DNA from: the human T2T-CHM13v2.0 reference genome, Homo sapiens
Reading direction: 5' to 3' (one strand)
NCBI RefSeq assembly: GCF_009914755.1
Contig: NC_060925.1
DNA: 64,000 nucleotides
Positions 1 to 14,112 of the stretch are shown in pieces. The stretch's first letter is position 1. Each line of letters starts with the position of its first letter. Position numbers and translations under genes: made by a program. A model generated the notes under the pieces. It had not been told where the DNA came from and ran no database searches. It saw only the letters and a list, made by a program, of their open reading frames with translations.

Positions 1-2045
1 AAAATAAAAGTGTTATCAATACAAAATTTGAGTATATACCTACACAACGTAACAAGCAGCAAAGCCATGTCACATAAAATACTCAAGCAGTTCTCCGCAT
101 ATTGTATGGCAGGACTACTTATTTTCTTTTTCTCCTACGTGTTTCACATGCATGTATACTGTTATTTCTGACAACCATGACATATCAGCTTAATGCATCT
201 CATGGGTCAAGGTGTGCTAAAGTATCACCAATTAATGTACCAAGAGGCTAGCAGGAGCAGCAACATTGAATATTTCTCCACCGTAGTAGAGTCCTGAAGG
301 ACTTAGCTCTCCCTAGCTAGGTAAGTCCCAGGAAACTTCCCAGGGAGCCTACATGCTAACCTTAAAAGTGATGTAAGTTAACTTGAATCTGGAAAGGGTG
401 AATAAAAGACAGTTTATTGATTATCAATGTTCAGCCATGTTAAAGTGAGAATTATATTTTCTTCATATTTATCATACACACAGATAGATGAGATCATGGT
501 AAAAGCTGAAAGCACCAAATAGAAGTCTACTCAGCCCTTTTTTGCTAATTTTATTGCTGCTCCTATTACTATGACTACCACCACTATTACTCATAATTAA
601 TGATAAAGCTAGAATAGAAGCTGAATAGAAAGACATGTTGGGCCAATATCTCTATTCTAAGGCTACTTCCGAAATATTGTTATATATGGTCATAGTGTAC
701 ATAGGTTAAACCATTTTTAAGCATCAATTTCTAACAATAATATTGGTAAAATATAGGAATGAAGTATAACATTTAGTGATTTATTTTTTAAATCTATTTC
801 CTGTATACTCTATTATGAATTCTGAAAGTATAAAAATTCCCTAGAAAAGGCAATTCAAATAAACACATTGGCACTAAATTACTTTAAATATTCATTCATT
901 CTCTGGCGCTGAGGTATGAACAAGACATCAGACCAGTTGAAGTGCTGATTTTAAGACTAATTTCATATATATGTTCTACTATAAATTGTAATTATATAAA
1001 ATTATAATAAATTTTCATCCTTAAATTAATATTGTTCCAATAGTTCACAAATTATTTTTTCACTCAGTGACTAAGAGTTACAATGAGAAAAGTAAGTTAC
1101 AGAATCTTATGTTTTTCAAGGGATGAGAATTTAAGAATATTTTTCCTAAGGTATAGAATGTGAATTTGCCATTTAAACAATACGTAATTTCGGAATGGTT
1201 ATTTTACTTATAATCGTTGAAGTTTTTAATAGTCTTTTCTCTTGAATTAAATGCTGTTATTGTATGTTTGGCATCTAAATGTTCCAGATTTTTTTTAGCT
1301 CATATAAACCAGTTTTCCCTACAAGCAGTGTCTTCAAACCGACATCATCATTTTGTTCCTGGCCAGTCACTGAGTATATAATACTGTATATTTTACTGAA
1401 TCTTGTTTTATTAATCTCTGAAATTAAAATAGAAATGAATGGAAGTACTTTTTAATCCTGCTGTTATGTAGATTAGGCATATTTCTCCAGTAATTTAACA
1501 CCTAAAGTGCACATTTAATGACAATTCAAATATATGTATTTACCAAACTATAGCTGATAGTGTGAACTCTGTTTACATACATCAATAAATATTTAAATTG
1601 AGATATATATAACCTTTGGTGTTTTGAATTGGAATACCACTAATTCTAACAATGATTTAAAGTAAGTTTAAATTTTTTCTTATGAGGATAATCTTTTAAT
1701 GTAGTGTTTATGGAAAAGTTTCAATTATGTGAGGAGTGCAGTATGTTACAGTAGGACCATTAGTATATTAATTTGCACCATAAACAGATAATTTGTTTTC
1801 AAATGCAAATCTTTTCAATGCTTTTATAAGTCATAAAGGCCTAACTAAATATGCATCCATCCTTTGGAGACAGCCTACGTGAGAATGCATGAACTATCTT
1901 TGTCAATTGACCTCCCTACCTCTCTTCCCGCTCTTCTTGAGGACAGAATGTCATGGGTTGTGTTTTTTAAACTGAAAAGCAATAATGATAAAAGTAACTA
2001 TCTAATGATCACTAAGTTTGGAAATATATAACCCTTTTTAAAAAT

Positions 2046-2350
2046 TATTTATTTATTTATTTATTTTATTTTTTTTTTTGAGACAGAGTCTCACTCCCGT
2101 GGCCCAGGCTGGAGAGCAGTGGTGTGATCATGGCCCACTGCAGCCTCAATTTCCTGGGGTCAGGTGATCCTTCCACCACCCTCAGCCTCCCAAGTAGTTG
2201 AGACTATAGGCGCGTACTACACAACAGTTTAATTTTTTGTATTTTTTGTAGAGGCGGGTTTTCACGTCCTGGCCTCAAACACCGGGGCTCAAGTAATCTG
2301 CTCTCCCAGCCTCCCAAAGTGCTAGGATTACCGGCATGAGCCACCTTACT
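2046..2350 (-). mobile_element. Alu, AluJ-like, near full length
   Basis: (TTTA)n/poly-T tail, then gagacagagtctcact...ggcccactgcagcctcaat...gggctcaagtaatctg...ctcccaaagtgctaggatta; AluJ-type diagnostics. Confidence 0.92.
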
Positions 2351-3237
2351 CTGACAGCCATTTCTTCTTAAAAGAAAATATTTACAACATGCCTGCAAAT
2401 AATACTACTACTTAAATTGCCTTTAAAATCTGTATATGAAATTTAACTAATCAGCTTCCTGTTCTACAGCATGAACTTGCTCATAAATGTATTTACAAGG
2501 CACTAGAAAAGGGTCCTACAAAAGTTTAACCAATTTCCAAAAAACCTGGATGGGAAGCTTATTATTAGTCAGGAAACTAAATTCTAGGTAGATTTTGGGG
2601 GCAAAGTGAGGAGAGGGACTGGGGAATGTATTTTGAAGAGGATAAGAAAGAATGTTGAATTAGTCGCAGTATTTTCTAATAAAAATAGACCTATGTGGGA
2701 AAATGCAAGCAAATGATAAAGGAGATAAGATTCAAATAATGGCTCTACAACTAATTGGCTGTGTGACTTTAAATATGAATTTCATGGCTCCAGAAGTCAG
2801 TTCCCTAGTATTTTCTCTGTAAAGAAATGGCACTTGATTTACATCTAAACTCCTTGCTAGCCCAATATTCTCAGATTCTGTGAAGCAAACAACTGTTCTT
2901 ACTGCATAATCTTTAACACTTCTACATTTTGAGATTTATCAACTGCTCTTTTTGTTAATTTTTCTGAATAAATTCATAATGTTACCAAATATCTAAGGCT
3001 TAGATTAGATCTATAGCCCCAAAAACACTACGAGAAAATTTTAATTCTCTGCCTGGAGTTTTATAATAAAGATACCATCAAATTATCATACCAATAAGTC
3101 TTTTGTTAAATAAAAAATGTTTTGATATCTCTGTAAAAAGCCTTCTCATGTTTTAGGTTTTCTAGTACGGCAATCTCTCTTTAGATTTCGGACCCAAGAC
3201 TGCTTGTTCGTGTTGTGGTCTCAGCAATGCATCAAGA

Positions 3238-3804
3238 TGTAACAGTTTCTTGTCTGAGATAAAACCTGGAGTTCTTTGTCCCACCTCTAAGAGGATTAAG
3301 GAGTGCAGACACCAAGTTGAGGTTAGCGCGAAAGTTTAATAAGCGAAAGAAGAAAGCTCTCTGCCAACAGAGCGGGGTGCCCAAATGGGGTGCCCCCTAT
3401 GAGTCTGGGGTCCAGGATTTTTGTGGACTGCAAAAGGGAAGGAATGGGCTTAGTCCACGAGCTGTCTGGGAGAACGTGTGACTCAGCTTGGCCTCGGACC
3501 AATCAAAGGCTGAAGTGATGCTTCCTAGAGGCCCGACTTACAGTCCAAAACAAGGAAAGTAGACTGCCCACCAGAACCCACCAGAGCCCTCTGCGCCCAT
3601 GCCCACCAAAGGAGAAGAAACTTTTTCCTGGGAGCCCGCTGATTATTCAAAGGACAAAAGCATTTCTATGCAAGGTCTTGTTCCTTTATCTGAGTGAGCT
3701 GGAGGTTTGTGCAAGTTTTTATCCAAATAGGCTGAAGGTTTTTCTATCTGTGCAGCCCTGGGCACGTCTCCGGGCACAAAACCCTGTGCTAGCTCCCTTT
3801 GACA
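3238..3804 (-). mobile_element. ERV1 solo LTR (MER4 group, MER61-like)
   Basis: Starts TGTAAC; ggagttctttgtccc...gattaaggagtgcagacacc...gaaagtttaataagcgaaagaagaaagctctc resembles MER4-group LTRs; GC-richer than flanks; subfamily tentative. Confidence 0.7.
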
Positions 3805-4179
3805 TTTTCAAAAATAAATTGACTCGTGAAAACTTTAATGTAGTTGATTGAGCACAGATCTGAAGACTAAAATAAAATTGCCTAGTTTTATAGTGTCAAC
3901 TACTCTTTTTCTCTATTTCTTCATATGAAAAACAGGAAGAACAGTGAGACCTACTTTGTATTGTCGGTAATGTTGCTATGGAGTAGCAATAATGTTTATA
4001 AAATTTTACACACAACTACTAATGAAGAAAGTAATAAATAAGTTATCTTTGTAAGTCATCTTTGTAATCCAAGAATAATCTTGGATATAAAAATTAGGTT
4101 ACAGAGCTCAAATTTTTTGATATTACAATTCTGGGTAAGCAGTGAAAAAATGGTCAGAAATTAAAATCAAGAAGTCTAG

Positions 4180-4431
<252 letters not shown>

Positions 4432-5069
4432 TAAGATGTTATGTCCAAGAACCTCAAATCTATAGTGCCTCAAACAAAAGAAAATTTTACATCTCTTAAA
4501 TATCAAATTTTAATAGTGAGCGACCTGGGGCTGGTAGACATCTCATGAGGACATCCAGGGAATGCTGCTTTCTATGTTGAAAATGATTCCTCATCTCTGA
4601 GGGCTTATCCTCCTCCACGTGGTTGAAGCTGACTCACCAGCACTACATCTGCATTTCTTCCTACTTAGTGGAGAAATTAAGGCATGAGAGGGCAAATTCA
4701 TTCCTCTTTAAGATTGTAATGTAGCAGCTGAAGCTATTATTTCCACTAATATAGCAATAGCTAGAGTTTAGGGAAAGCTTGGATAGATTACTTCTAGCCA
4801 GGCAATCCAATAGCAGAGTAATAGATTCTGCTGCTAAAATGAGCAAGGGGAAATCAGATATAGAAGGACAATTAGAAATATCTGTTAAAATGATTATTTC
4901 TCAGTAATGTTCACCCTAATGGTAAATGATATAAGCAGGATCCGAGACCCGTTTGTTCTTAGGATATTTTTGGAGAAAAGGGCATATGTTGATTCACAGT
5001 TCCTACTAATGGCTAAGGCATGTTTTCACATTAGTTCACTCTAAGTAAATATATATATATATATAAAAT

Positions 5070-5870
5070 TAAACAGGCTGCTGACCAAGCCTTGTGCCAA
5101 GTTATGGATACTCAAGAATAATCACATGTAATCAATGTTTTTGAGTATGGTGACTTTGCGTAGCTAAACTTATTTTGTGGGAGACATGAATAGAAACAAA
5201 TACTGCAATTATAATACAAAATTATAAGTGCTCTAAGGGGTGTGAGTGAGAAGAGGGTGAGAGAAGAAAAGCCTTCACCATAGGGTAGTTATTTGAACTA
5301 AGTGTCAAATCATGGTATTATAATGTGTTCATTAGAAGAAAACATACCAAAAAAAAAAAAAGGAAATGGAAATAGAAATACTAAAGGTATAATGGTATCA
5401 AAGAGTGTGATGCTTTTTAGGACACTGTTGCTTTAGCTATGTTTGAAACAGTGAATATACAAAACCAAGTGATAAATATAGCTGGGATAAGAATATGAAC
5501 GGACTAAATTATCACTGTAAATAATTTGGACTTGATGCAGACATTTTAAAACTATTGGATATCTTTAAGCAGAGTTTCCTCATAATTCAGGCTTCACTTT
5601 AGAAATAAAACTCTGATAGAATTGAAGATAGACTGATAATAAAAGATAAGAGAAGAATCTGGCCAACTAAAATGTGGCAGCAACAATACCAGGTCAGACG
5701 TGGTGATCGTCTCAGTGGAGTGAAGAGGAGAAAAATAAAAAAGGACATTCTAAGAACTAGAATTTAGGGACTAATTCAATTCAGTGCTGGGAAGTTGGGG
5801 GTTTTCATCATTTACTATTACCTAAAATGTTGAGCTTTGCTATATGATAAAGGGATGCCATTGCATAGGA
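5070..5870 (-). mobile_element. L2 fragments (degraded)
   Basis: Purine-rich degraded sequence with L2-like motifs (ccaagccttgtgccaag, tttaagcagag, cactttagaaataaaactctg). Confidence 0.5.
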
Positions 5871-7052
5871 TCAAAAAAAGAAAAAAAAAAAGGGGGACAG
5901 TCAACACTCTACTCAAGGTTTTTACATAGTATATCCATAATGAAGGTAAAAAGGTGTTATTTAAGCTAGCAAATAATTCTATTTTTATTATTGAACTGTA
6001 GCTGTAGCTTTAATTCTTTTACTAATGTATAGTGATTTTTTTTCTGTTCTCCAATATAACCTATCCTTATAGTCACACATATAATAAATAAGATCAGCAT
6101 GCTAGCCTATGTCAAGTGGTAGGGAAGGAGGAGATAGGCTTCTATGTTTTATTATGGTGAGTTTAGGTAAGTTAAGACTTGTATTCTTTATCCTTAATAT
6201 CTCAGAGTAGCAGTTACATAAAAAGCATTTGTCTAGTCCTATTAAGCATTATTAGAGAATAAAAACTATATATTTGAGGAAAAAATGTTTTCTTTGTTTA
6301 TCATAATGTTCTTTGAATGTCACAACGCATTAACGGAAGCTCTAAATGTCTGGAATGGGAGAAACTTGGTTTATATTTTTTAGCTATGTGCTCTGCTAAG
6401 CACCCAGATAATTTTCAGAAATGTTCCCCAAAGCCAAGAAAAGTCAGGGAAAAAAAATAGAAGAGAAAAGAGTGAGGGAGGGCAGGAGAAAAGAAACAAA
6501 GAATTGCTGGGGTGAGAGGAAATAGAAGGGACTCGTAATTTGGACAAGTTAGCCCACGGTAATGAAGAGTAATTGCTGAACAGGGTACTTTCTCCGTAAT
6601 TTGATTTGCTCGTACCTTATTATAAGCTATACTTTTGTGTCTGGCTGCATTTGAGTATTTACTTTAACTCAGTAATATTTTAGGAGTAAGCTTAATTCAA
6701 TAGATTTTGAGAGCATTCACTTATTAATGTCTTCAAATCTTATTAAAGAGTTTTACTTCATGCCAATTTCAAATTTAAATCCTTTTATAGGAAGAGATTC
6801 AAAAAGTAATTATCTATTTCAATTATTTCCTTGGGATATAATTGTTAAAATAGTGAAATATAACAAATTTTCTTATGGGAGTTGGTTAAGCTGTATTGAA
6901 ACAAAGCTAAATGGTCATTATGATTTTTCAATTCTGGTTAATTCTCATTGTTAAGAAAATGCACAGTTTTCATTGACTTCAGGGAGGAAATTTTGACTAA
7001 ATTTTCTCTGTACTAAATTGAAGACTCCTGAAAGGCAATCTGGCAGAGTAAG

Positions 7053-7425
7053 TGTATTAGTCTGTTCTCACTCTGTTATGAAGAAATACCCGAGAATGGG
7101 TAATTTATAAAGGAAAGAAGTTTAATTGACTCACAGTTCCGCATTGCTAGGGTGGCCTCGGGAAACTTATAATCATGGTGGAAGGCAAAGCAGAAGCAGG
7201 CACTTCCTTCACAGGGCGGCAAGACGGAGAGAGTTCCGGTAGGGGAAATGCCAGACACTTATAAAACCATCAGATCTCGTGAGAACTCACTCAACATCAC
7301 GAGAACATAAAGGGGGAAACCGTTCCCATGATCCAATTGCTTCCACCTGGTCCCACCCTTGACACCTGGAGATTATTTCAATTCAAGGTGGGATTTTGAT
7401 GGTGAAACTGAGCCAAACCACGTCT
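7053..7425 (-). mobile_element. THE1 (THE1C/D-like) MaLR solo LTR
   Basis: tgtattagtctgttctcac...gggtaatttataaaggaaagaagtttaattgactcacagttcc...ccatcagatctcgtgagaactcactc...gagccaaacca; 5-bp TSD gtaag/gtgag. Confidence 0.93.
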
Positions 7426-8249
7426 GTGAGCCAAGATATCTACATTCATCATCAAAATGGGACCTTCGGAATTTCCTCAGTGAAGTTACTAACCCTAGCC
7501 ATGCATATCCACGCCATACCACACTGACTAGATTCACTAAGGTCTGTCATAAGGAAGGCATCCAAATTGAATAGCATTTTATAACTGAGGAGCACTAGAG
7601 AGAAAAGGTGTGATCATAGCATAAGATTTGTTCTGCTTCACCCCAGAAGTCCACAAATGGGAAAAATGAGGGCAGCTTTAATTTGCTAGAAAAAAGCAAC
7701 ACCTGTATTTTGAGTATATATCAAACCCTGAGGATTAAAGTTCTTGTTTCAGCTCTCCATCTAATGGATTATAGTATACAAAGTTCAGCTTTTTCGGTTA
7801 CTGCTTTTAAAGTTTTCTAATATGATTAATAGCTTTAACAAAAAGGTATCTCTTAAGTGTGCAATATAGTTGCTTTCTCTCACATAGACAGTCTTGTTTG
7901 GAAACAATTTCTTTTGATGTAGTTCTAAAGAAATATTTACCTTTAACAGGAACACTAGATATTTTTTCAATGCAGAAGCTTTTTTTCTGTTATAAAGAGA
8001 GCAATAATCTGTAGTATAAAGAATTAAAATTTAAAACTAACTACTGTATTGAATGAAGACTTTGATTTATACCTAATAAATTTTAGAAAGTTTTAAAAGC
8101 TAATTTTATAAATTATTTTAGTCAATTTAAGGGATATTCATTATGATAAAATGGTTTCTATGCACCTTCCCTGGTCTTGTATAAATATTAGAAGTGTTTG
8201 CAAGATAGAAAAATTATTTATCCCTTACAGACATATACATAATATAACT

Positions 8250-8405
8250 GTGTGTGTATATGTATGTCTCTCTATATCTATATCTATATATAGATATAGA
8301 GATTTTATATCTATTTTATATATTATATATATTTTATATCTACATAGATTTCATATAGATATTTATATAGATATTTTATATAGATATATATAGAGAGAGA
8401 GAGAA
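8250..8405. repeat. TA/TAGA-rich low-complexity tract ending in (GA)n
   Basis: Direct inspection. Confidence 0.85.
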
Positions 8406-8457
8406 AGAAATAATTGCTGAGGGGATTATTATGTTTAACATTTAAGCATAATACACT

Positions 8458-8908
8458 TAGTAATACTCCCTTATCTGCAGTTTTGCTTTCTGCAGTTTTC
8501 ATTACTTACAGTCAACTGTGGTCTGAAAATACATGTAATATGATATTTTGATAAAGAAAGAGTGATCACATTCACATTATACTATATTGTTATATTGTTC
8601 TATTTTATTATTAGTTACTGTTTTTATCTCTTACTGTACCTAATTTATAAGTTTAACTTTATCATAGGTATGTATGTAGATATATATGTATATATATATA
8701 TATCTATATATCTATATATATGTGTATATATGTATATATGTATATATATGTGTATATATACATATATATGTGTATATATACATATATATGTGTATATATA
8801 TATACATATATATGTGTATATATACACATATATATATATGTATATATAGGATTTGGTACTACCTGTGGTTTCTGCCATCCACTGCAGTTCTTGGAATGTA
8901 TCCCCCAT

Positions 8909-8913
<5 letters not shown>
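8458..8913 (+). mobile_element. MER44A (Tigger-family non-autonomous DNA transposon) with internal microsatellite expansion
   Basis: cccttatctgcagttttgctttctgcagttttc...ctcttactgtacctaatttataagtttaactttatcataggtatgtatgta...ggatttggtactacctgtggtttctgccatccactg...ttggaatgtatccccc; 3' TIR replaced by (TA)n. Confidence 0.85.
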
Positions 8914-8956
<43 letters not shown>

Positions 8957-8976
8957 ACATTGTATACATATGTGTA

Positions 8977-9013
<37 letters not shown>
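8670..9013. repeat. Compound microsatellite: interrupted (TA/TG/CA)n 8670-8848, pure (AT)~21 at 8911-8952, (TG)~17 at 8979-9012
   Basis: Direct inspection; source of the YIYI/CVCV ORFs. Confidence 0.97.
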
Positions 9014-9016
<3 letters not shown>

Positions 9017-9429
9017 ACTACATAATGTATACAGCTAAGACCCCATTTCCCTAATACTTTCTGGATATACTTTTGCTGAGCTGAGGATCTTTCATATTCA
9101 CTATCCTTGTATCTCTTGAATGTGGCTTTTAACGTCGTGCAGTATCTTTTCCTAATATTGTGTGGGCTAGCTTTAAGAACTAAGTCCTGGTCTTCTTTAC
9201 CTTTGCAGCCCCAGAGCCCCCTCACAGTGCTTGCTATTTACTAAGTCCTAAATTACAGCTACTTTAATATATGAATATATAAAGAATGCATGGATAGGTA
9301 TATAAATGCCATTTGAATAGTTTTATTTTGTGTGTGCATCTAATGAAACATTTTTGTACCACCTAGGCTAAAATACATAGATATATATGAATAAAGGAGA
9401 AATAAACATAAGTATACAAATAGTTTAAT

Positions 9430-9725
<296 letters not shown>

Positions 9726-9764
9726 TACATTGGCTTATAAAATGTCTATAACCAGAAAGTAGAC

Positions 9765-10055
9765 TTTTTTTTTCTTTTTTTTTTGGCAGAGACACACTCT
9801 GTCACCCAGGTTGGAGTTCAGTGGCGCAATCTTAGCTCACTGCAACCTCTGCCGCCCGGGTTCAAGCAATTCTCTGCCTCAGCCTCTCGAGTAGCTGGGA
9901 TTACAGGTGACCGTCACCATGCCCGGCTAATTTTTGTATTTTTAGTAGAGATAGGGTTTCACCACCTTGGCCAGGCTTGTCTTGAACTCCTGACCTTGTG
10001 ATCCACCCACCTCGCTTCCCAAAGTGCTGGGATTACAGGCGTGAGCACCACGCCA
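9765..10055 (-). mobile_element. Alu, AluS-like
   Basis: Poly-T tail, both arms, ...aaagtgctgggattacaggcgtgagc. Confidence 0.93.
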
Positions 10056-10227
10056 AGACAGTAAAATATTTTATTAAGTTATTTTTTTAGTTATCAAGTT
10101 TTTAAGAATGCATTAAGAGTTGTAAGAAAATCTTTTTATATTTAATCTTACATATACCGATCACTCTATTCTGCGTTAATATTTCAGCTTTCTAAAAAGG
10201 CTATCCTGTGGTAGAATAATTTTAGGT

Positions 10228-11045
<818 letters not shown>

Positions 11046-12674
11046 AGAGAAAGGACTACACTATGTTTTTGGAAAATATTGTTAGAGGTTTGAGATCTAC
11101 TTTTTGTTTTTGGAATAAATTTGCTTGTTAGTCAAATTTTGGCATGATACTGTCCAATCCTTTTCTTCATTGATATATAATGAAGAATATAGCATGCTGA
11201 GAATAGCATTGCATGATAAAAATGTACTGGCTTAGAAGGCAGAAAATATGTGTGTTCTGTCTGAATGACTCAAGCAGGTCATTTAGGATCTCTGACTCTA
11301 CTAGTTGAATAGTGATAGATTTGAACTTGAATTAACTTTAGCACTTCCTTTCTGATGTATGTTACTAGATTGTTTCTAAATAGTTGACTAGAATGCTAAA
11401 TCTGAGATAGTTAAGAGATATATTCAGAAAAGAATAAATTAACAGGAAGCAGTGAGTAGACCTGTCACTTCCTTATGCAAATTTGCAACTCAATTTATTT
11501 CCAGCTTACACAGAAACCAATACACAGGAAATGTTCTCATGTGTGAAAGGCTAGATCCAATAAAAGGAAAAGAGGAGACATGAATTCTCTCTGTACTTTT
11601 TAGCCTAGTCCTTTTTGCCCTTAACTGTAATGCCAGTACATCTTAAATGTTATTCTGCCCCAGGGCTTATACCACTGAGTTGAAATTCACTGGACAGAGA
11701 AAGTTGTTACGTTGAGTTCTAACTAAAACAAGATTTTACTGGTTTACTTGGCAGATCTATTCATCCTTTGCTTACTTTAAAATTTGAGGAAAAAAAAGGA
11801 AAGATTGCTTAGTTTAACAATGTAATATGTTAATCTGTGATTCAGTGTACACCCAATCATTGTGCATTTTCTTTCATTTATTTAAACATTAAATTATCTT
11901 TTCAGTAAATTAGCTTTTAATTTCTCAAATTCACACATGAATCTCCTTAAAGAAGGTTTGTTACGTTGGCTCATTGACTCTTTGATTCTGGTAATCACTG
12001 CAAATGAAGGCTTTGCAACATCTCTCTTTCTGACACTACCTTTCTTCCTGCAGCTAAAGACAGAAACATGGTATAATCCACATGCATTTTTGGACCTTTA
12101 TATTTTTTTAGAATATTAACCATTTTCCCAGTTCCTTCTCTAGCTTAAACTTTTGTAACTGGGCATTTATCTAGAATTTGAAAGTAAGTAATGTGTATGT
12201 ACAAACACATGTATGTACAATATATCTAGATATATTATAAAACACACACGTGTAGAGATTCTTTACGTATACACATACCATCCATACGTATGATAAATGA
12301 TGGCTTGTAATTTGATAGTGAGAGATAAAAGATTTTTTTATTTTATTTTATAGTATTTTAATCAATTGATTGTACAAGACATTCGCCAAAGCTCTTGACT
12401 CCATCCATTCTGCCCCATCTTAGTTTGCCTATTTTCCATATACATCTATATGATTTTACGTGGTACACTGTTGTGTGTTTACTTTATACTTTAATATTCA
12501 GTAGAAGTTTGTCAGAATATGGTATGGTACCATCAAGAGCTGTATTTATTTTATCAAATCCATTTTTTCTTTAATCTTTGAACAGTATTTAATTCAATAA
12601 GAGCTCACTAATGCTATGAACAGAGCTAAGAACTGAGACAATTACATTGAAAAGGGAAGTCAATTATGTAAATA

Positions 12675-13000
12675 CAGTAGTCCACCCTTATCTGCAGGGA
12701 ATACATTCCCAGTGGAAGCCTGAAACTGTGGATACTGAATGCTATTTACACTATGTATTTTCCTATACAAACATACCTATGATAACATTTAATTTATAAA
12801 TTAGGCACAGTAAGAGATTAATAATAATAAGTAATAAAAGTAAACAATTATAGCAATGTAGTGTAATAAAATTTATGTGAATATGGTCTCTCTTTCTCCC
12901 TCTCTCAGAATATCCTGTACTGTATTCAACTATTTTCAGACTTCTGTTGATGACAGGTAATTGAAATCACAAAAAGAAAATGCAAATAAGGGGGCCTACC
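12675..13000 (-). mobile_element. MER44A
   Basis: TA|cagtagtccacccttatc...catacctatgataacatttaatttataaattaggcacagtaagagatt...gcaaataagggggcctac; both TIRs visible. Confidence 0.88.
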
Positions 13001-14112
13001 ATATTTTCAGAATGGGTCTAATGGTACAGAAGTCATTATCTGAGGTATTCATAGAAAAGATACAATGTCAAACTCTGTTCAGCCAAATAAAAAAAACTGT
13101 TTTACTTTGAAAAATTTTAGAAAATGTAACACATAAGATATTTCACTAAAACAAAACAATGAATTCCTTGAGGTATTTCTCAGGAGGCAGAGAGAGAGAA
13201 TGAACAGAAGAAAAATTGTACAGTCTCTAATACACCAACAGTTGTATACATTGTTTTATACAAAGTTAGTAATTACATAAAATTAAAATTTTTATTTATA
13301 GAGTCTTCATTATCAATAAAGATAAAATTAATGAAAATAATCCATATATTGTGCCTATTGTGATGCTATCATATATAGGTTTATCTCTGACATATTTAAT
13401 AAGAATAAAATATTTCAGTTAATATTGTTTATTAAAAGTTTGAGCAATGTACATTGCATTTTTCTTATATAATAGTAAATAAAATTTACCATTTTTAGTG
13501 CTAAACTATTCCTTTATAGTTGATTATTTTAATGCTGTACTTCAGACTCGATATTTAAGAATAAAGAATCTAAACTCATTTTATGTTATATTCTGTCAGG
13601 TGGAATGGTCTTGGATAGCATTTTTGTATTTCTAAAATACAGTAATAGTAATTCATCCTAATAATAATAATTTGAGATATTGCAGTGTCTAAAATTTCTT
13701 CTAAACCATCACAAACAGATTAATGTTTGGTATGACTTTAGTATTAAACACATTTTATTATCTTGTAATTCTTGAGAACTTGTGATTACATATATAAAAA
13801 ATTATTATTAGTGCATTTGTTTAGTAGGACTGCCAAAACAAAATACCGCAGACTGAGTGGGTTAAGCAACATAAATTTATTTCTTAGAGTTCTAAAAGCA
13901 TAAATTCCAAGACCAAGGTGTCAGGAAGCTGCTTTACTTCTGAGGTCCGTCTCTCTTTTGGCTAGCAGATGGCAGCCTTCCAGCTGCATTGCCACATGGT
14001 CTCTGCTCTGGGTGTTTATACCACTAGTGTCTCTGTTTCTTTGTCTGTCCTCTTCCTCTAAGAAAACCAGTCAGTCTGGATTAGAGCCTATGCTAAAGGT
14101 CTCATTCTAATA

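Noticed and set aside
8562-9225. Long overlapping ORFs of up to 173 aa
   Set aside because: They translate TA/TG microsatellites (YIYI, CVCV, HTHT) and have no coding signature.
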